A DNA stretch of 64,000 nucleotides from the human T2T-CHM13v2.0 reference genome, Homo sapiens: assembly GCF_009914755.1 (NCBI RefSeq), contig NC_060934.1. One strand, written 5' to 3'. Below are positions 44,211 through 57,420 of this stretch, piece after piece (positions within the stretch are counted from its first letter, which is position 1; each line of letters opens with the position of its first letter). Position numbers and translations under genes: made by a program. The notes under the pieces are model-generated. The model made no database searches and was not told the DNA's origin. It saw only the letters and a program-made list of their open reading frames with translations.

Positions 44211-45344
44211 AAGAAGCTAATTATTATCAGAGTTGTGAGTAGAATCCAGACTCCAAACATGAATCCAATGCTTTTTGCGTAAGTTATGCTGCTTCAATGT
44301 AAATTTCTTTTTTTAAACAGTAGAAATTAGTGGAAATGAAACATTTGTAAAGTTAACTCTTCTTGCTTGTTTTTCCTTTATTTTTTTCTCCAGTTTGCAA
44401 TGACATCAGTATAACAAATAAAAAGTGCAAATAGATAACTAATCAAATTAATGGCTTACAACTGAAGAATAACATCATATAAATGCTACTACTGATCTTA
44501 CAAGTCCCATCCAATTCAATGAAAGCTATATTTGGGGATTCCACAACTCAGTCTGCTCTTAGTAGGGGTGAAGGAAATTGTTTCTCTATCTGGCCAAACT
44601 AATATGGAGTTTGGGATACATTCTGTTAAATTCTGTACTTCCATATGATGTAATAAATCCAAAATAATACATTTATGCTACATACAATGTTTCATGAGAG
44701 ATTTAATGAACAAACACTCTGTTCCCCCTCTGTGATACTATTTTAAAAAAAGACTCATTATTATGATTAAGTATAACTGCAGGTGTAGGTTGCCTAGGTT
44801 AATAAAGACCAGAAAAATGAACTGGCCATTCTAGAACTTTGTTTTCAGCTGGAGGAGAAGCGATAACATCAATAACATTGTAGGCTCGCTCTTGGCTCTA
44901 ATTGACACTCAGAATAATAGGACTGAATATTAAAGCTCATCTCAACCAAACTGAATTGGCAACAATGCCTTTACATCCACAACTGATTTTCAGGTTAACT
45001 GTAAGCCCAGTGCCTTTGTTATGGAGGCAGATCAATTTTATCCAAAATATATGTTTAAACTGATTAGCATTTTGGCTCTGGAATCAGTGACGCCTGTGAA
45101 TCTGTTCCAACATTCACTAGCTTGCTGAGACTGAACATTTCTGAGATGCTCTGAGTTCTAGTATTTTTTAACCATAAAATAAATGTAAAATTTCAGGAAA
45201 GAGATCAAGAATTTTTGGTATATACAAAGTGCTAAGTAATAAATGTAGACTCATTAAATGTGAAGGTAGAATATAAAAACAAAGTGGCGATAAAGGAAGT
45301 TATCTATTTGCAATTTGTGAAATCTGGACTTTACCAGTCTAGAG

Positions 45345-45527
45345 CAGAGGTCAGAAAATGTTTTTTCAATAGGCCAGATAATAAGTGCTTTAGTTTTTTG
45401 TAGGGTATATAATCTTGGTTGATCTCAACTCACTGTAGCAAAACAACAGCCACAGAGTATATATAAATAAATTTAAATGGTTGTATTCTCACACATACAC
45501 ACACAGTTTACTAAAACAGATGGGAGG
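45345..45527 (-). mobile_element. MER58A hAT-Charlie MITE, left part
   Basis: Preceded by Charlie-type target gtctagag; 'cagaggtcagaaaatg...ggccagataataagt...ctcaactc...cagccacaga...tttactaaaacagatgggagg'. Confidence 0.75.
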
Positions 45528-46224
45528 GAGTGACATAATCAAGATGTTGCATTTGGCAATTCCAAGCTTCTGTCCCTCCGTAGAAATATTGAAAAATGAA
45601 CAGAAGCCATCAGAATCAACATTGTCAGAACACTGGAAAACAGACAGGTTTATAGCAACCCCGTGAACACTAAAGCAATAAAAAATCAATGTAAAAATAA
45701 TTTTAAAATCATTGTGGCAGTTTTACTTTCCCTTTCTATAATCACTCCCCAGTTGAAAAGCAGTCTTGCAGACAGCAGCCCATGTTCCCAGTGTGAGAGA
45801 ATGGTCCCTGTTTCCAGAGGTAGAAGAGACAACTTTATTTGCAAATTATTTTGGCCCATTTTAACCTATATGGGGGCTACCTGAAGGAATGATGTAAGGT
45901 ACTTTCATCTGTTTTGTCTATTGCACAGCAATAGACGGTAAAAGTGGTAGGAATTGCTTAAATATATTATTGGACTCCTAAGAAACCTAAGCTTGAGGCA
46001 AAAGACATTTAAGATATATAAACGAACATCCAAGGCCTGGAAACATAATAAGAACAGAGATTTTCCCTGGAAAATTAGGGTAATAAAAAACACCCATGAA
46101 TTAGGAGAGATTTGAAAAGCCTCATACATGCCAATTATACAGTGCATGTTCAAAAAAGACCTAAGAAGTCCTTAAGTTTTATAGTGTTTTGTAGCTTTGT
46201 TTTGTCTGATACTGATCACTGACC

Positions 46225-46649
46225 TTTTATTTTTTCAACCTTTATTTTAAGTTCTGGAGTACATGTGCAGATGTGCAGGTTTGTTACATAGGTAAATGTG
46301 TACCATGATAGTTTGATGCACAGATCAACTCATCATCTAGTTATTAAGCCCAGCATCCATTAGCTATTCTTCCTGATGCTTTCACTCCTGCCACCCCCTA
46401 TCACCCTCAACAGGCCTCAGCATGTGTTGTTTCCCTCCATGTGTTCATGTGTTCTCATCGTTCAGCTCTCACTTGCAAGTGAGACAATGCAGTGTTTGGT
46501 TCTGTTCAAATCTGTTCCTGCATTAGTTTGCTGAGAATAATGGCTTCCAGCTCCATCCATATCCCTGCAAATTATATAATCTTGTTCCTTTTTATGGCTA
46601 CATAATATTCCAAGGTGTATATGTACCACATATTCTTTATTTAGTCTAC
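46225..46649 (-). mobile_element. L1PA (approx. PA10-13) 3' end nested in the L1MB 5' UTR
   Basis: 'ttttattttaagttctggagtacatgtgcag...gcccagcatccattagctattcttcctgatgct'; degenerate TSD ctgatcactgacctt/cagatccctaacctt. Confidence 0.9.
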
Positions 46650-49600
46650 AGATCCCTAACCTTAATTCAAGTCTGGCTACATGTTTAAAAAGGTACTCAG
46701 GACAGAACCAAACAGTAAAGACAGAGAGAGGTTGTTTGGTTGGTTGTCGTTTTTTTTTTTTTTTAGTTTCTGGTGTTCAAGAAAACTCTGTCAAACACTA
46801 GCTGAACAAAAGCTAAAGAACAGAAACTTTTTTCACAATATATGCAACAAATGTATTTTTCGAAAAACAGTAGAGAAAAGTCACTATACCAACAGTTTAT
46901 TACAGCTTTCAATAATTAAAAAGAGCAAACCATGAGAAGCAGGAACATTTGATTTCCAGAATCACATTGTAATATTTGTGTCCATTTAACAAAAAAAATC
47001 ACAAGGCATACAAAGAAATAGGAAATAAGACCTATTTAATGGAATAAAATAAATTAGCAACTACCATCCCTAAAAATGTCTGGATATTGTAATTAACAGA
47101 AAAAAATTATCTTAAAAAATTATCTTAAATATGCTCAAATAATAGAAGGAAAACTTGAACAACCAAATAAGAAAAATCAGAAAAATAATAAGTGAACAAA
47201 ACAAAAATAGCAATGAAGAAAAATTATAAAAGGAACCAAAAATTCTGGAGCTTTAAAGTATAAAAACTGAAATAAAAAAATTAAATAGAGAAATTCAACA
47301 CAAATTTTACCAGCCAAAAGGCAAAATCAGGAAATTGACAATAGAGCAATAGAAATTAACTATTCTATCAAGTCTAAGAAGTAGAAAAAAAATAATAAAG
47401 AAAAGTAAATGACACCTAAGGGGCTTGTGAGATGCCATCAAGAGGAGCAACATATGAAGGAGAATCCCAGAAAAAGCAGACAGAGAGAAATTGCAGGACA
47501 AATATTTGAAGAAATAATGGCTGAAAACTTTTCATATTTGATGAAAGATATAAATATACAAATTCAAGAAACATGAATAAACATCAAGTAAGATAAAGAG
47601 ATCCACACTGAGACATATAGTTGTCAAATTATTGAAAGCTAAAGACAGACAATTTTTGCAAGTAGCTAGGGAAAATCAATTTATTATGTACAAGGAATTT
47701 TCAATAAGATTAAGAGCTGATTTATCATTATAAATGATAGAGGTCAGAAGATAGTAGAATAACATGTTTTAGTCCTGAAACAAAGATAAAAAAAAAAACT
47801 GCTTACTGAGAATTCTACATCTAGCAAAACATTCTATCATAAAGAGTAAAAAATTAAGAGATTTACAGAGAAACAAAAAATGAGGGAGTTTATAAATTGC
47901 AGACCTGTCCTATGAAAAATGGTAAAGAGATTCTTTCAGGTCGAAATGAAAAGACACTAGACAATAACTTAAATGTGAATGAAGAAATAAAGGTTTCCTG
48001 GAAAAAGTAAGTCCATGGGCAATTATAAAACTTAGAATTATTTTATTTTTAGTTTATAACTCCATTTTTATTTTCTATATGTGTTGAAAAAAATCATAAA
48101 AATAATTATAAATTTATGTTATTCAGCACAGAATATATATGAATGTAATTTGTGAAACAACATGAAATGGGTAAGGGGACTGCACAGACACAGAATGTTT
48201 TATGCTATTGAAGTAATGTTGGGATTAATTAAAACATAGATGATTATAAATTTAAGATGTTAAACACAATCCTTATGGGAGTTAGAGACAATATTTTTAA
48301 AATGCACACATAAGAAAATGATAAAGGTTTTAAAACATTTCACTATAAAAAATCAACTAATCACAAAAAAGTATTAACGGAAGAAATGAACAAAAATTTA
48401 TAAGCCATGTAGAAAACAAAATGCAAAATGGCAGAAGTAATCCTCATCAATAATTTTTATAAATGTCAATGAAGTAAAATTTCCAAATGAAAGGAAAACG
48501 TTAGTGTAATGGATTTTAAAAATCATACAACTAGATATTTTCTATAAGAGACTCATTTTAGATCCCAGCCACAAATAAATTGAAAGTGAAACACAGAAAA
48601 ATATATTCCATACAAATGGTAACCAAAAGAGAGGTGGTGTGGCTCTACTAATATGACATGAATTAACTTTAATTTAAACACTGTTACTCTTGAAAAAAGG
48701 GCATTAAACACCAATAAAACGATCAATTTTTCAAGAAGATAGAACAATTATAAATATGCATGCACCAAACAACAGAGCTCCCCAAAATATACGAAGCAAA
48801 CATTGGCAAAATTGAGTGGAAGAACAGGTAGTTCTGCAATAATAGTTGGAGACATCAATAGGCCACTGCAAATTCTTGATAGAAAATCTGCAACAAGTAA
48901 ATAGAGGAATTAAACAATAGTATTTATAGAAATCAACTATACCTAACAGACATACATAGAACATTCCACCCAACAACAGCAGAATACATGTTCTCTCTGA
49001 CAGACCATATGTTAGGCAACAAAGAAGTCTTCAATAAATTTTAAAAACATTAAACTTATACAAAACATCTTCTCAGATCACAATGGAATGGAATTTTAAA
49101 TCAACAACAAGAGAAAACTGGAAAATACACAAATATATGGCAATTAAACTATGGGCACCTTTTCAAGCAATGGGTCAAAGAAGGGAAATTACAAATACCT
49201 TAAGATAAGTAATAGCAACACAACATACTAAACTTATGAGATGAAGCAAAAGCAGTGCTCAGATGAAAATGTATAGTTGTAAGCACCTACATTAAAAAAT
49301 GTACAAAAGATCTCAAATCAATAACATAACTTCCGACTTTCATGAGCCAGAAAAGAAGAGCAAACTAAACACAAGTAGAAGAGAAGAAATAATAATAATT
49401 AACATGGAAATAAATAAAATAGAGGACTGGAATTATAGATAAAGAAATAATAAAACCAAAAGCTGTTTCTATTAAAAAAATCGACAAAATTGGCAAATTA
49501 AGCTATACTAACAAAGAAGAAAACGGATAATAAATAATTGAAATAAGAAATAAAATTGGGGTTATTACTACTGACCTTTTAGAAGTAAAAATGATTATGA

Positions 49601-51536
49601 GAATATGACCAAATTAGGCCATAAACTAGATAATTGAGATGAAATTGATGAATTTTCTGGAAACACAAAAATTGCCTAAGCTCACTCAGGAAGAAATAAA
49701 AAATACATGTCAACAGACCAATAACATGTAAAGAAATTGAAATTGTAGTAAAAAACCTCCCAATCAAGAAAATTCTAATACCAGATGGGTTTACTAGTGA
49801 CTTCTAGGATACATTTAGAGAAGAACTGGCAGCAACTGTTTGGCAAACTTTCCAAAATCAGAAATGGAGATATTACTTATTTATTCATTCTATGAGGCAA
49901 GCATTTCCCATAGTGTGAATTCAGATGAAGAGATCACAACTAACGAATATTACAGGAGATTATTCTTTACATATATAGATGCAAAAACCTTTACCAAATA
50001 CTAGCAAACCAAATTCCTAAACAGGATTATGCCCTATGACCAAGAAGAATTTATCTCATAAATGTAAGTATAGTTCAATATAAAATCAATCAATGTAAAG
50101 CAGCACATTGAAATTACTGATGTAATACAGCAAAGAAGAAAAAAAAGAGATCAACTCATTTGACACAGAAATAGCATTTGTCAAAATTCTATACTCCTGC
50201 ATGATAAAAGTCACTGAGTATATGGAAGAGAATTTCCTTAACCTAATAAAGGACATTTATAAAATACTCCCAGCTAACAACGTATTCAGTGGTGAAAGAC
50301 TGAACACCTTCCTTTAACATTATGAACAAGACAAGGATGTCTGCTTAAATCACTAGTGAACATTGCAACTTCTAGCAGAGCAATTAGCAAGAAAGACAAA
50401 TACGAGACATCCAAACTGGAAAGAAACGAATAAACTATTTCTCTTTTCAGATTATATGATTCTATATATAGAAAATCTGAAAAAAAAATCCATCAGACAT
50501 CTACTAGATCTAATAAAATTTCAGCAAATTACAAGGTCAAAACACAAGATTCATTCGTGTCTCTATATGCTAGAAATAAATAATCCAAAAATAAAATTAG
50601 GAAACAAATTCCATTTATGATAGTATCTAAAAGAACAAAATACCTAAGAATAAATTTAATGAAGAATGTGAAAACTTGTACGCTGAAAAGAGCAAAGTAT
50701 TACTGAAAGAAATTAAAGACGTTCTAAACAAATTGAAAGCAACACAATGTTTATGGATTGAAGGCAAATTAATTGTGCTGAAATAGCAGAACTACCAAAG
50801 CTATCTAAAGTTTCAATACAATATTTAGCAAAATTCCAACAGTCATTTTACTGAAACAGAAATGCCAATTCTCAAATTCCTAGAATTTTACATGGAAATC
50901 CTAAAGAAAAAAAGACAAAGTTGGTGGATTCACACGCTGCCATTTCAAAATTTACCAAAAAGCTATAGTAATTAAAACATTATGGAATTGGCATAGGGAT
51001 AGATATATAGATAAATGGAATAGAATTGAGTCCAGAAATAAACCTATATATTTACGGCAAATTTATTTTCAACAAGCCTGCCAAGTCTATTCAATGGACA
51101 ATGAAAAATCTTCAACAAATGATGTTAGAACAACTGGATTTCTACATGCAAATTAAGGTTAGACTTCATCCCATATACAAAAATTAATTCACACCACATA
51201 TAAAAAATTTACTTATATACAAAAATTAATTCAAAAAGAATCAATAACTCAAATATGAGAGCCAAAACCATGATACTCTTAGAGATAAATCTTTATGAAC
51301 TGGGATTTGGCAATGGATTCTTAAATATGACACCATAAACACCACCACAACAAAAAACAAATAGATAAGTTGAACTTTATTAAAATTAAAAACATTGGTT
51401 CATCAAAGGACATTATGAAGAAAGTGAAAGCCTATGGAATGGAAGAAAATATTTGTGAATCATATATCTCATAAGGATTTAATATCCAAAATATATAAAG
51501 AAACTTTATAACTCAGCAACAGAAGACAAAGAGACT

Positions 51537-52206
51537 ATTTTTTAATTTCCAAAGTTTATTGGGGAGCAGGTGGTATTTGGTTACATGAGTAAGTTCTTTA
51601 GTGGTGATGTGTGAAATTTTGGTGCACCCATCACCCAGACAGTGTACACTGCATGCTATTTATAGTCTTTTATTCCTCACCCGCCCCCAACCCTTTCCTT
51701 GAATCCCCAACGTCCACTGTGTTGTTCTTATGCCTTTGTATCCTCATAGTTTAGCTTCTACTTATGAATGAAAACATATGATCTTTGGTTTTCCATTCCT
51801 GAGTTACTTCACTCAGAATAATAGTCACCAATCTCATCCAGGTTGCTGTGAATACCATGAATTCATTCCTTTTTATGGCTGAGAAGTATTCCACTGTGTG
51901 TATATATATAAAACATATATCACAGTTTCTTAATCCATTCATTGATTGATGGGCATTTGGGTTGGTTCCACGTTTTTGCATTGCAAATTGTGCTGCTATA
52001 AACATGCGTGTGCAAGTATTTTTTTGTATAATGACTTCTTTTCCTCTGGGTACATACCCAGTAGTGAGATTGCTGGATCAAATAGTGGTCCTACTTTTAG
52101 TTCTTTAAGAAATCTCCACACTGTTATCCATAGTGATTGTACTAGTTTACATTCCCACCAGCAGTGTAGAAGTGTTCCCTTTTCACCACAGCCATGCCAA
52201 TATTTG

Positions 52207-52248
<42 letters not shown>

Positions 52249-52558
52249 ATTATGGCCATTCTTGCAGGAGTAAGGTGGTATCGCATTGTGGTTTTGATTT
52301 GCATTTCCCTGATCATTAGTGATGTTGAAAAAATATGTTTGTTGGCCATTTGTGTATCTTCTTTTGAGAATTCTCTATTCATATCTTTAGTCCACCTTTT
52401 GATGGGATTGTTTGTTTTTTTCTTGTTGATTTGTTTGAGTTCATTGTAGATTCTGGATATTAGTCCTTTCTCAGATGTATAGATTGTGAATATTTTTTTC
52501 CCACTCTGTGGACTGTCTGTTTACTCTGCTTACTGTTCCTTTTGCAGTGCAAAAGCTC
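51537..52558 (-). mobile_element. L1PB (PB1-like) 3' segment
   Basis: 'ggtggtatttggttacatgagtaagttctttagtggtgat...tttggtgcacccatcacc'; minus ORF 51996-52382 is the ORF2 C-terminus ([13 protein letters not shown]...[12 protein letters not shown]). Confidence 0.92.
52208..52247 (+). repeat. Perfect poly(T), 40 nt, internal to the L1PB
   Basis: Direct count. Confidence 0.95.
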
Positions 52559-52940
52559 TGGTATAAAAATAGGCACATAAACCAATGGAACAGAATAGAG
52601 AACCAAGAAATAAGCCAAAATACTTACAGCCAACTATTCTTCAACAAAGTACACAAAAACCTAAAGTGGGGAAAGGACACCCTTTTTAACAAATAGTGCT
52701 GGGATAATTGGCTAGCCACATGTAGAAGAATGAAACTGGATCCTCCTCTCTCACCTTATACAAAAATCAACTCAAGATGGATTAAAATCTTAAATCTAAG
52801 ACCTGAAACTGTAAAAATTCTAGAAGACAACATTGGAAAAACCCTTCTAGACATTGGCTTAGGCAAGGATTTCATGACCAAGAACCTAAAAGCAAATGCA
52901 ATGTAAAGATAAATTGCTAGGAATTAATTAAACTAAAAAA
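52559..52940 (+). mobile_element. Inverted 5' segment of the same L1PB (twin-priming inversion)
   Basis: 'tggtataaaaataggcacata...aattaattaaactaaa' is the L1 sequence immediately upstream of the minus segment's start, in opposite orientation. Confidence 0.88.
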
Positions 52941-53023
52941 CCTGTTTTTAAAATGGGCAAATAACTGGTATAGACATTTTCAAAGAAAATGTACAAATAG
53001 CCAAGAGGTACATAAAAAGATAG

Positions 53024-53404
<381 letters not shown>

Positions 53405-54137
53405 TTCTTTGCAACTATTAGGATGACTGTAATGAAAAAAAAAAAAAAAAAAAAAACAGAGAGAAAGAGGACAGGGGGAGGAGCAAGGGTTGGCCAGGAT
53501 GTGGATAAAGTTAAAGACACTTACATTGGTGATGGGAATATCAAATTGTGCACTTACTGTGGAAATCAATTTGGAGGTTCCTCAAAAGGCTGAAATAGAA
53601 TAATTCCACTTCTGGATACATACCCAAAACAATTCAAGAGTGATTCAAACAGATACTTGTACTCCAGTGTTTACCACAGCATTTTTTTACAATAGTCAAA
53701 ACATAGAAAAGCTCTAACAGATGAATCCTTAATCGATTAATAGATGAACAAAATGTCGTACATAAATACAAAGGATTATTTTTCAACCATAAAAAGGAAT
53801 GAGTTTTGATACAGGCTACAGCAGGATGAACCTCGAAAACATTTTCTAAGTGAAATAAGCCAGACTCAAAAGGACAAATATTGTATGATTCCAAATATAT
53901 GAAATATCTAGAATGGACAAATTCATAGAGACAGAAATTTATTAGTGATTAGTAGGGAGTGAGGTGAGAGTTAAATAGGTGCTATGGTTTTATGAGTATA
54001 GTTTTTGTTTGGAGTGATGAACTAATTTTAGAAATAGTTCTGATGGTTATACATTTTGTATGTAATTACTACTACAGAGTTATCCACTTAAAAATTTTTT
54101 AAATGATGTATTTATATCATATTAAAATTTAAAAAGC

Positions 54138-54193
54138 AAACAAATAGGAGGTGCCTAAGCTTGACTCATGTTCACTAATTTGCTGACCCCTTG
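54138..54193 (-). mobile_element. MER58A, right part
   Basis: 'aaacaaataggaggtgcctaagcttgactc...taatttgctgacccct' completes the MITE, including its terminal inverted repeat. Confidence 0.7.
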
Positions 54194-54199
54194 ATTGTG

Positions 54200-54351
54200 G
54201 CAGTGGTTAATATATTTTAGAATTTAAAATTCACTTAAAAAATGTGTTAAAACACAGATTGCTGTTTCCTTGGTATCCAAGAATTTGCATTTCTAATAAG
54301 TGTATGTATAATGTGGATGCTGTTGGTCTGTTGATCACACTTAAAAACCTG
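54200..54351. mobile_element. MER5A-like DNA transposon
   Basis: 'cagtggtt...gttaaaacacagattgctg...ccaagaatttgcatttctaataag...gatgctgttggtctg...cacactt'. Confidence 0.7.
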
Positions 54352-54559
54352 CTAGACTACATTATGCCTAAAACAGCTCCTCTGTCTCATCAATGCAGTT
54401 GTTTAATTGATTTGTTTTGGTTTTTTTTCTTCAAGTAAAGTGATTAAGTTATTCTAATCTAATGTGCTAATATAGTTTGGCTCAGTCAGGCAAAATCAAT
54501 CATACAAATGAAATCACTATCAGCTGAAAAGAAATGGAGACAAAGTTGGGATGAGATTA

Positions 54560-54800
54560 AATGTGAGAGCTGATGTCAGATCGCCTGGATGGAACTAAAA
54601 TCCCAGTTCCATCAACTTTCTCCTCTGTAACATTGGAACAGCTAATGAACTTCCCTGAGATTTAGATTCCCTTGCCTGTAAAAGAGAATAAATAACAAAA
54701 AGTCCTCATAGAGTATTTTAAAGATTACATGGAATACTGCTTATAAAGTTATTAGCAAAATGGTACATAACAAGTCCTAATAAACAGTTACAAATGATAA
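54560..54800 (+). mobile_element. MIR SINE
   Basis: 'aatcccagttccatca...ctgtaacattggaacagctaatgaacttccctgagatttagattcccttgcctgtaaaa'. Confidence 0.65.
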
Positions 54801-55369
54801 AAAAAAAGGACAGAGAATAACATTCATGATAAATCAATCTGAAAAATGCTGATGTAAAAAATTCTAGAACTCTCAGGATATCGTCATAAAGTCAGTGTAT
54901 TAAAATAAATATGGCATAAACCCTCCAATCTGAGCCTTATAAAGAGAGGAGATTTGCTTATTGTGAAAAAGGGAAAGAGTGGAGGGTGTATGAGGTAATT
55001 ATTAACAATATTAGTTTTATTAAATATTATCACATTTTATTAAGTGGGTATCAGCAACCTCAAGCTGGTGTTATTAACTGAACTTGGGAGAACATTTGAG
55101 CTCATGAACTATTCCTTGTTCTAAATCTGAGCTAAGTAAAAAATGTGATAAAGGAGTAAGTGCAGAAGCTAGTTAAAATGTGTTTTTCATTCTGCTCTTC
55201 CTTTACATATATATATATATTTTTTAAGCCAAGTATAGGCTGAATTAAATATACTTCCTGTTGGCAGTGACAGTTCTGGCTTAGCATTACAGATGTCTTG
55301 ATTTCTCCTATAGAAGTAACACACTTTCCTACTTTTGAAGACAGATTGTTACATTGATTCTATGATTGT

Positions 55370-55739
55370 TGTTAAGAGAAAAATTCCAACTGAATTAAAT
55401 TTAAAGTAGTTTGAGTAATGAATGATTGGAAAATCAGGCAGCCCCCAGAATTACAACAAATTCAGAGACTCTAGCTCAGTCAAGTGGTGGAAGAAGATTT
55501 ATGGACAGCAAAAGGAAAGGGAGGTACAGAAACAACTGGATTGGTTACAACTAGGCCTTTGCCTTATTTGAACATGGTTGGAACAGTTAGCTACATTTGG
55601 CCAAAACTCAGTAATTGGCACAGGTGCGGGCTGCAGTTGATTTACACCTCCACTTTTTATAGTTCACGATGTACAGAAGAACTTTTAGGTCAAACTTATA
55701 TATGTAAGGAGGCATCTTTAGGCTAAACTTGATTTAACA
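55370..55739 (-). mobile_element. MER57 LTR (3' LTR of provirus)
   Basis: Reverse-strand start 'tgttaaatcaagtttagcctaaagatgcctccttacata' matches MER57; TG...CA termini; polypurine tract adjacent. Confidence 0.85.
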
Positions 55740-55751
55740 ATTTCCCCCTTT
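55740..55751 (-). other. Retroviral polypurine tract (PPT)
   Basis: Minus-strand aaagggggaaat immediately 5' of the LTR. Confidence 0.8.
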
Positions 55752-56282
55752 GGGTTATTTTCTCAATTTTGAGAGATTGACCAAAACTTTAGTTATTGAT
55801 GTTACTATTAACATTGCTCTTGAAACTCACTGGGAAAGAGCAGAACACTGAGTTTGGCAAATTTAGGAACAAGGACTGAGTAGAGGGTATATCTTTATGC
55901 TGGAACATCCTGTTTACAGAAGAAAAAGCCGGGTCTTTTCTAGAATCTATGTGTTTCCTATGTTTTCTATAATCAAACACAGTTTGATTATGTTACTTTT
56001 AGCACAAGTGACTCCATTTTTGTTTGGTTTGGTATGTTGGGACTTAGAGCATGAGCTCAGTCCAAAACAATGGCCTCCCATAATTTTGTTTAAAAAAAAA
56101 AAATCCTCTTTTTTTGGTCAGGTTCTCACTTAGGTGAGGGTGTGACCAAAACTTAGGGCCTTAGCACCACTCTCAGTTACCATCATTTTGGGTTTCTGGT
56201 CTCAGCATGTCATTCATAAGTTACAGTGTCTTCACGGCTGCCCATTTCTTTCAGCTCTTGTCATTCTAGTTAGAGAGATCCT

Positions 56283-57010
56283 TTGATATTCTAGAGATGG
56301 CTGCATGCAAACATTTAAAATTTTTGAGAGAATACGGATCACCAGGGGGACTATTATTATGACTATCAGGAGGATAATACCAAGAGTTTGGAGTATGCTC
56401 CTTACCCGGGGTCTCCATAAACAAAATCACCTAAAATTGAATAGATCAAAGAATGAGCTACATAGTCTACTAACTTGACTAAGGGGTCTCTTCATTAATC
56501 CCCTATAACTGAATCTCTGTAATACCTGACATTTTCTCCATAGGCTGTAAGTGCCAGCAGCTGTACAGATACTTCTGTTTAGCCATTAACTAATCCAGAG
56601 CAATTCTATTATCTAGCATAACTTTCACAAGAGAATTTAAAGTCTGTTGTGTAACCATGGCCTATACGGTAGAATCTGCTATAGAACCTATCATGAGGGG
56701 TACATTTTTAATCATTGCCACTTTATTCCAAACCACAAAAAAAGGACCTAAAAAATGATGACCTTTTAGAAGAGTGAAAACCTCCCAGCAATGTTCTCCT
56801 TAACCCATGATGTGAGTTAAGAGGAGTGAACCATTGTTCTGTTTCTGACTGATTATGAGGCAATGGCAATGTATGTACCATTAACGTTTCTTATCTACAT
56901 TGGGCCTTCATTTTTGTCTATTAAGGTATGAGGTTATCTATGTATAAGGCTGGCTGCAAAATCCTTCACAAATAAAATTATACCACATAAGTGCACACAA
57001 GAGAACCCCT
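56283..57010 (-). pseudogene. Disrupted class I ERV env remnant (SU end, cleavage site, TM)
   Basis: Manual minus-strand translation: ...HHGLRR|TLLGG...; TLNSLVKVMLDNRIALD*LMAKQ (immunosuppressive-domain-like); membrane anchor SILQTLGIILLIVIIIVPLVIRILSKILNVCMQP; contains stops and frameshifts. Confidence 0.8.
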
Positions 57011-57420
57011 TTCAATTCTATTGTTCATAGAAGCATAAGCAAGGGAAAAATAATCAAAGTTAAGAGTCCCATGATAGCAGAGAAGTCTTGATCCATGATC
57101 TTGGGAAAACCTCTTCACATCAAGGATACCATCTTCTTCTGGTGAGAAAACCCCCTGGTTAGCTTTACCTTAAGGGTTCCAATGGGTGTACAGTTCCAAG
57201 AATGTAAAGGGAGCCTTCTCAGTTGTGAGACTGTGAACCCAAGGTTCAAGGTCCTGAAGTTTTGCTGTGGTGTAGATGCCAATGACAGTGTTTCTTTGAT
57301 GTTCTCAGAAGATCCATCTTCAGGTTCTAGTTGTGAAGGGATTGATTGTCCTCAGTGAAACATAAAAACCTTACTTTACCTGGTAAAAATATACTGTAGT
57401 GTAATAATCTACTGTTATAA

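Noticed and set aside
47101-47129. Short tandem duplications (also ~20914, ~42551, ~51173, ~60753)
   Set aside because: Ordinary slippage-scale duplications with no array or spacer organisation
51946-52449. 167-aa ORF with poly-Phe, and 128-aa antisense ORF with poly-Lys
   Set aside because: L1PB sequence read through a T40 homopolymer
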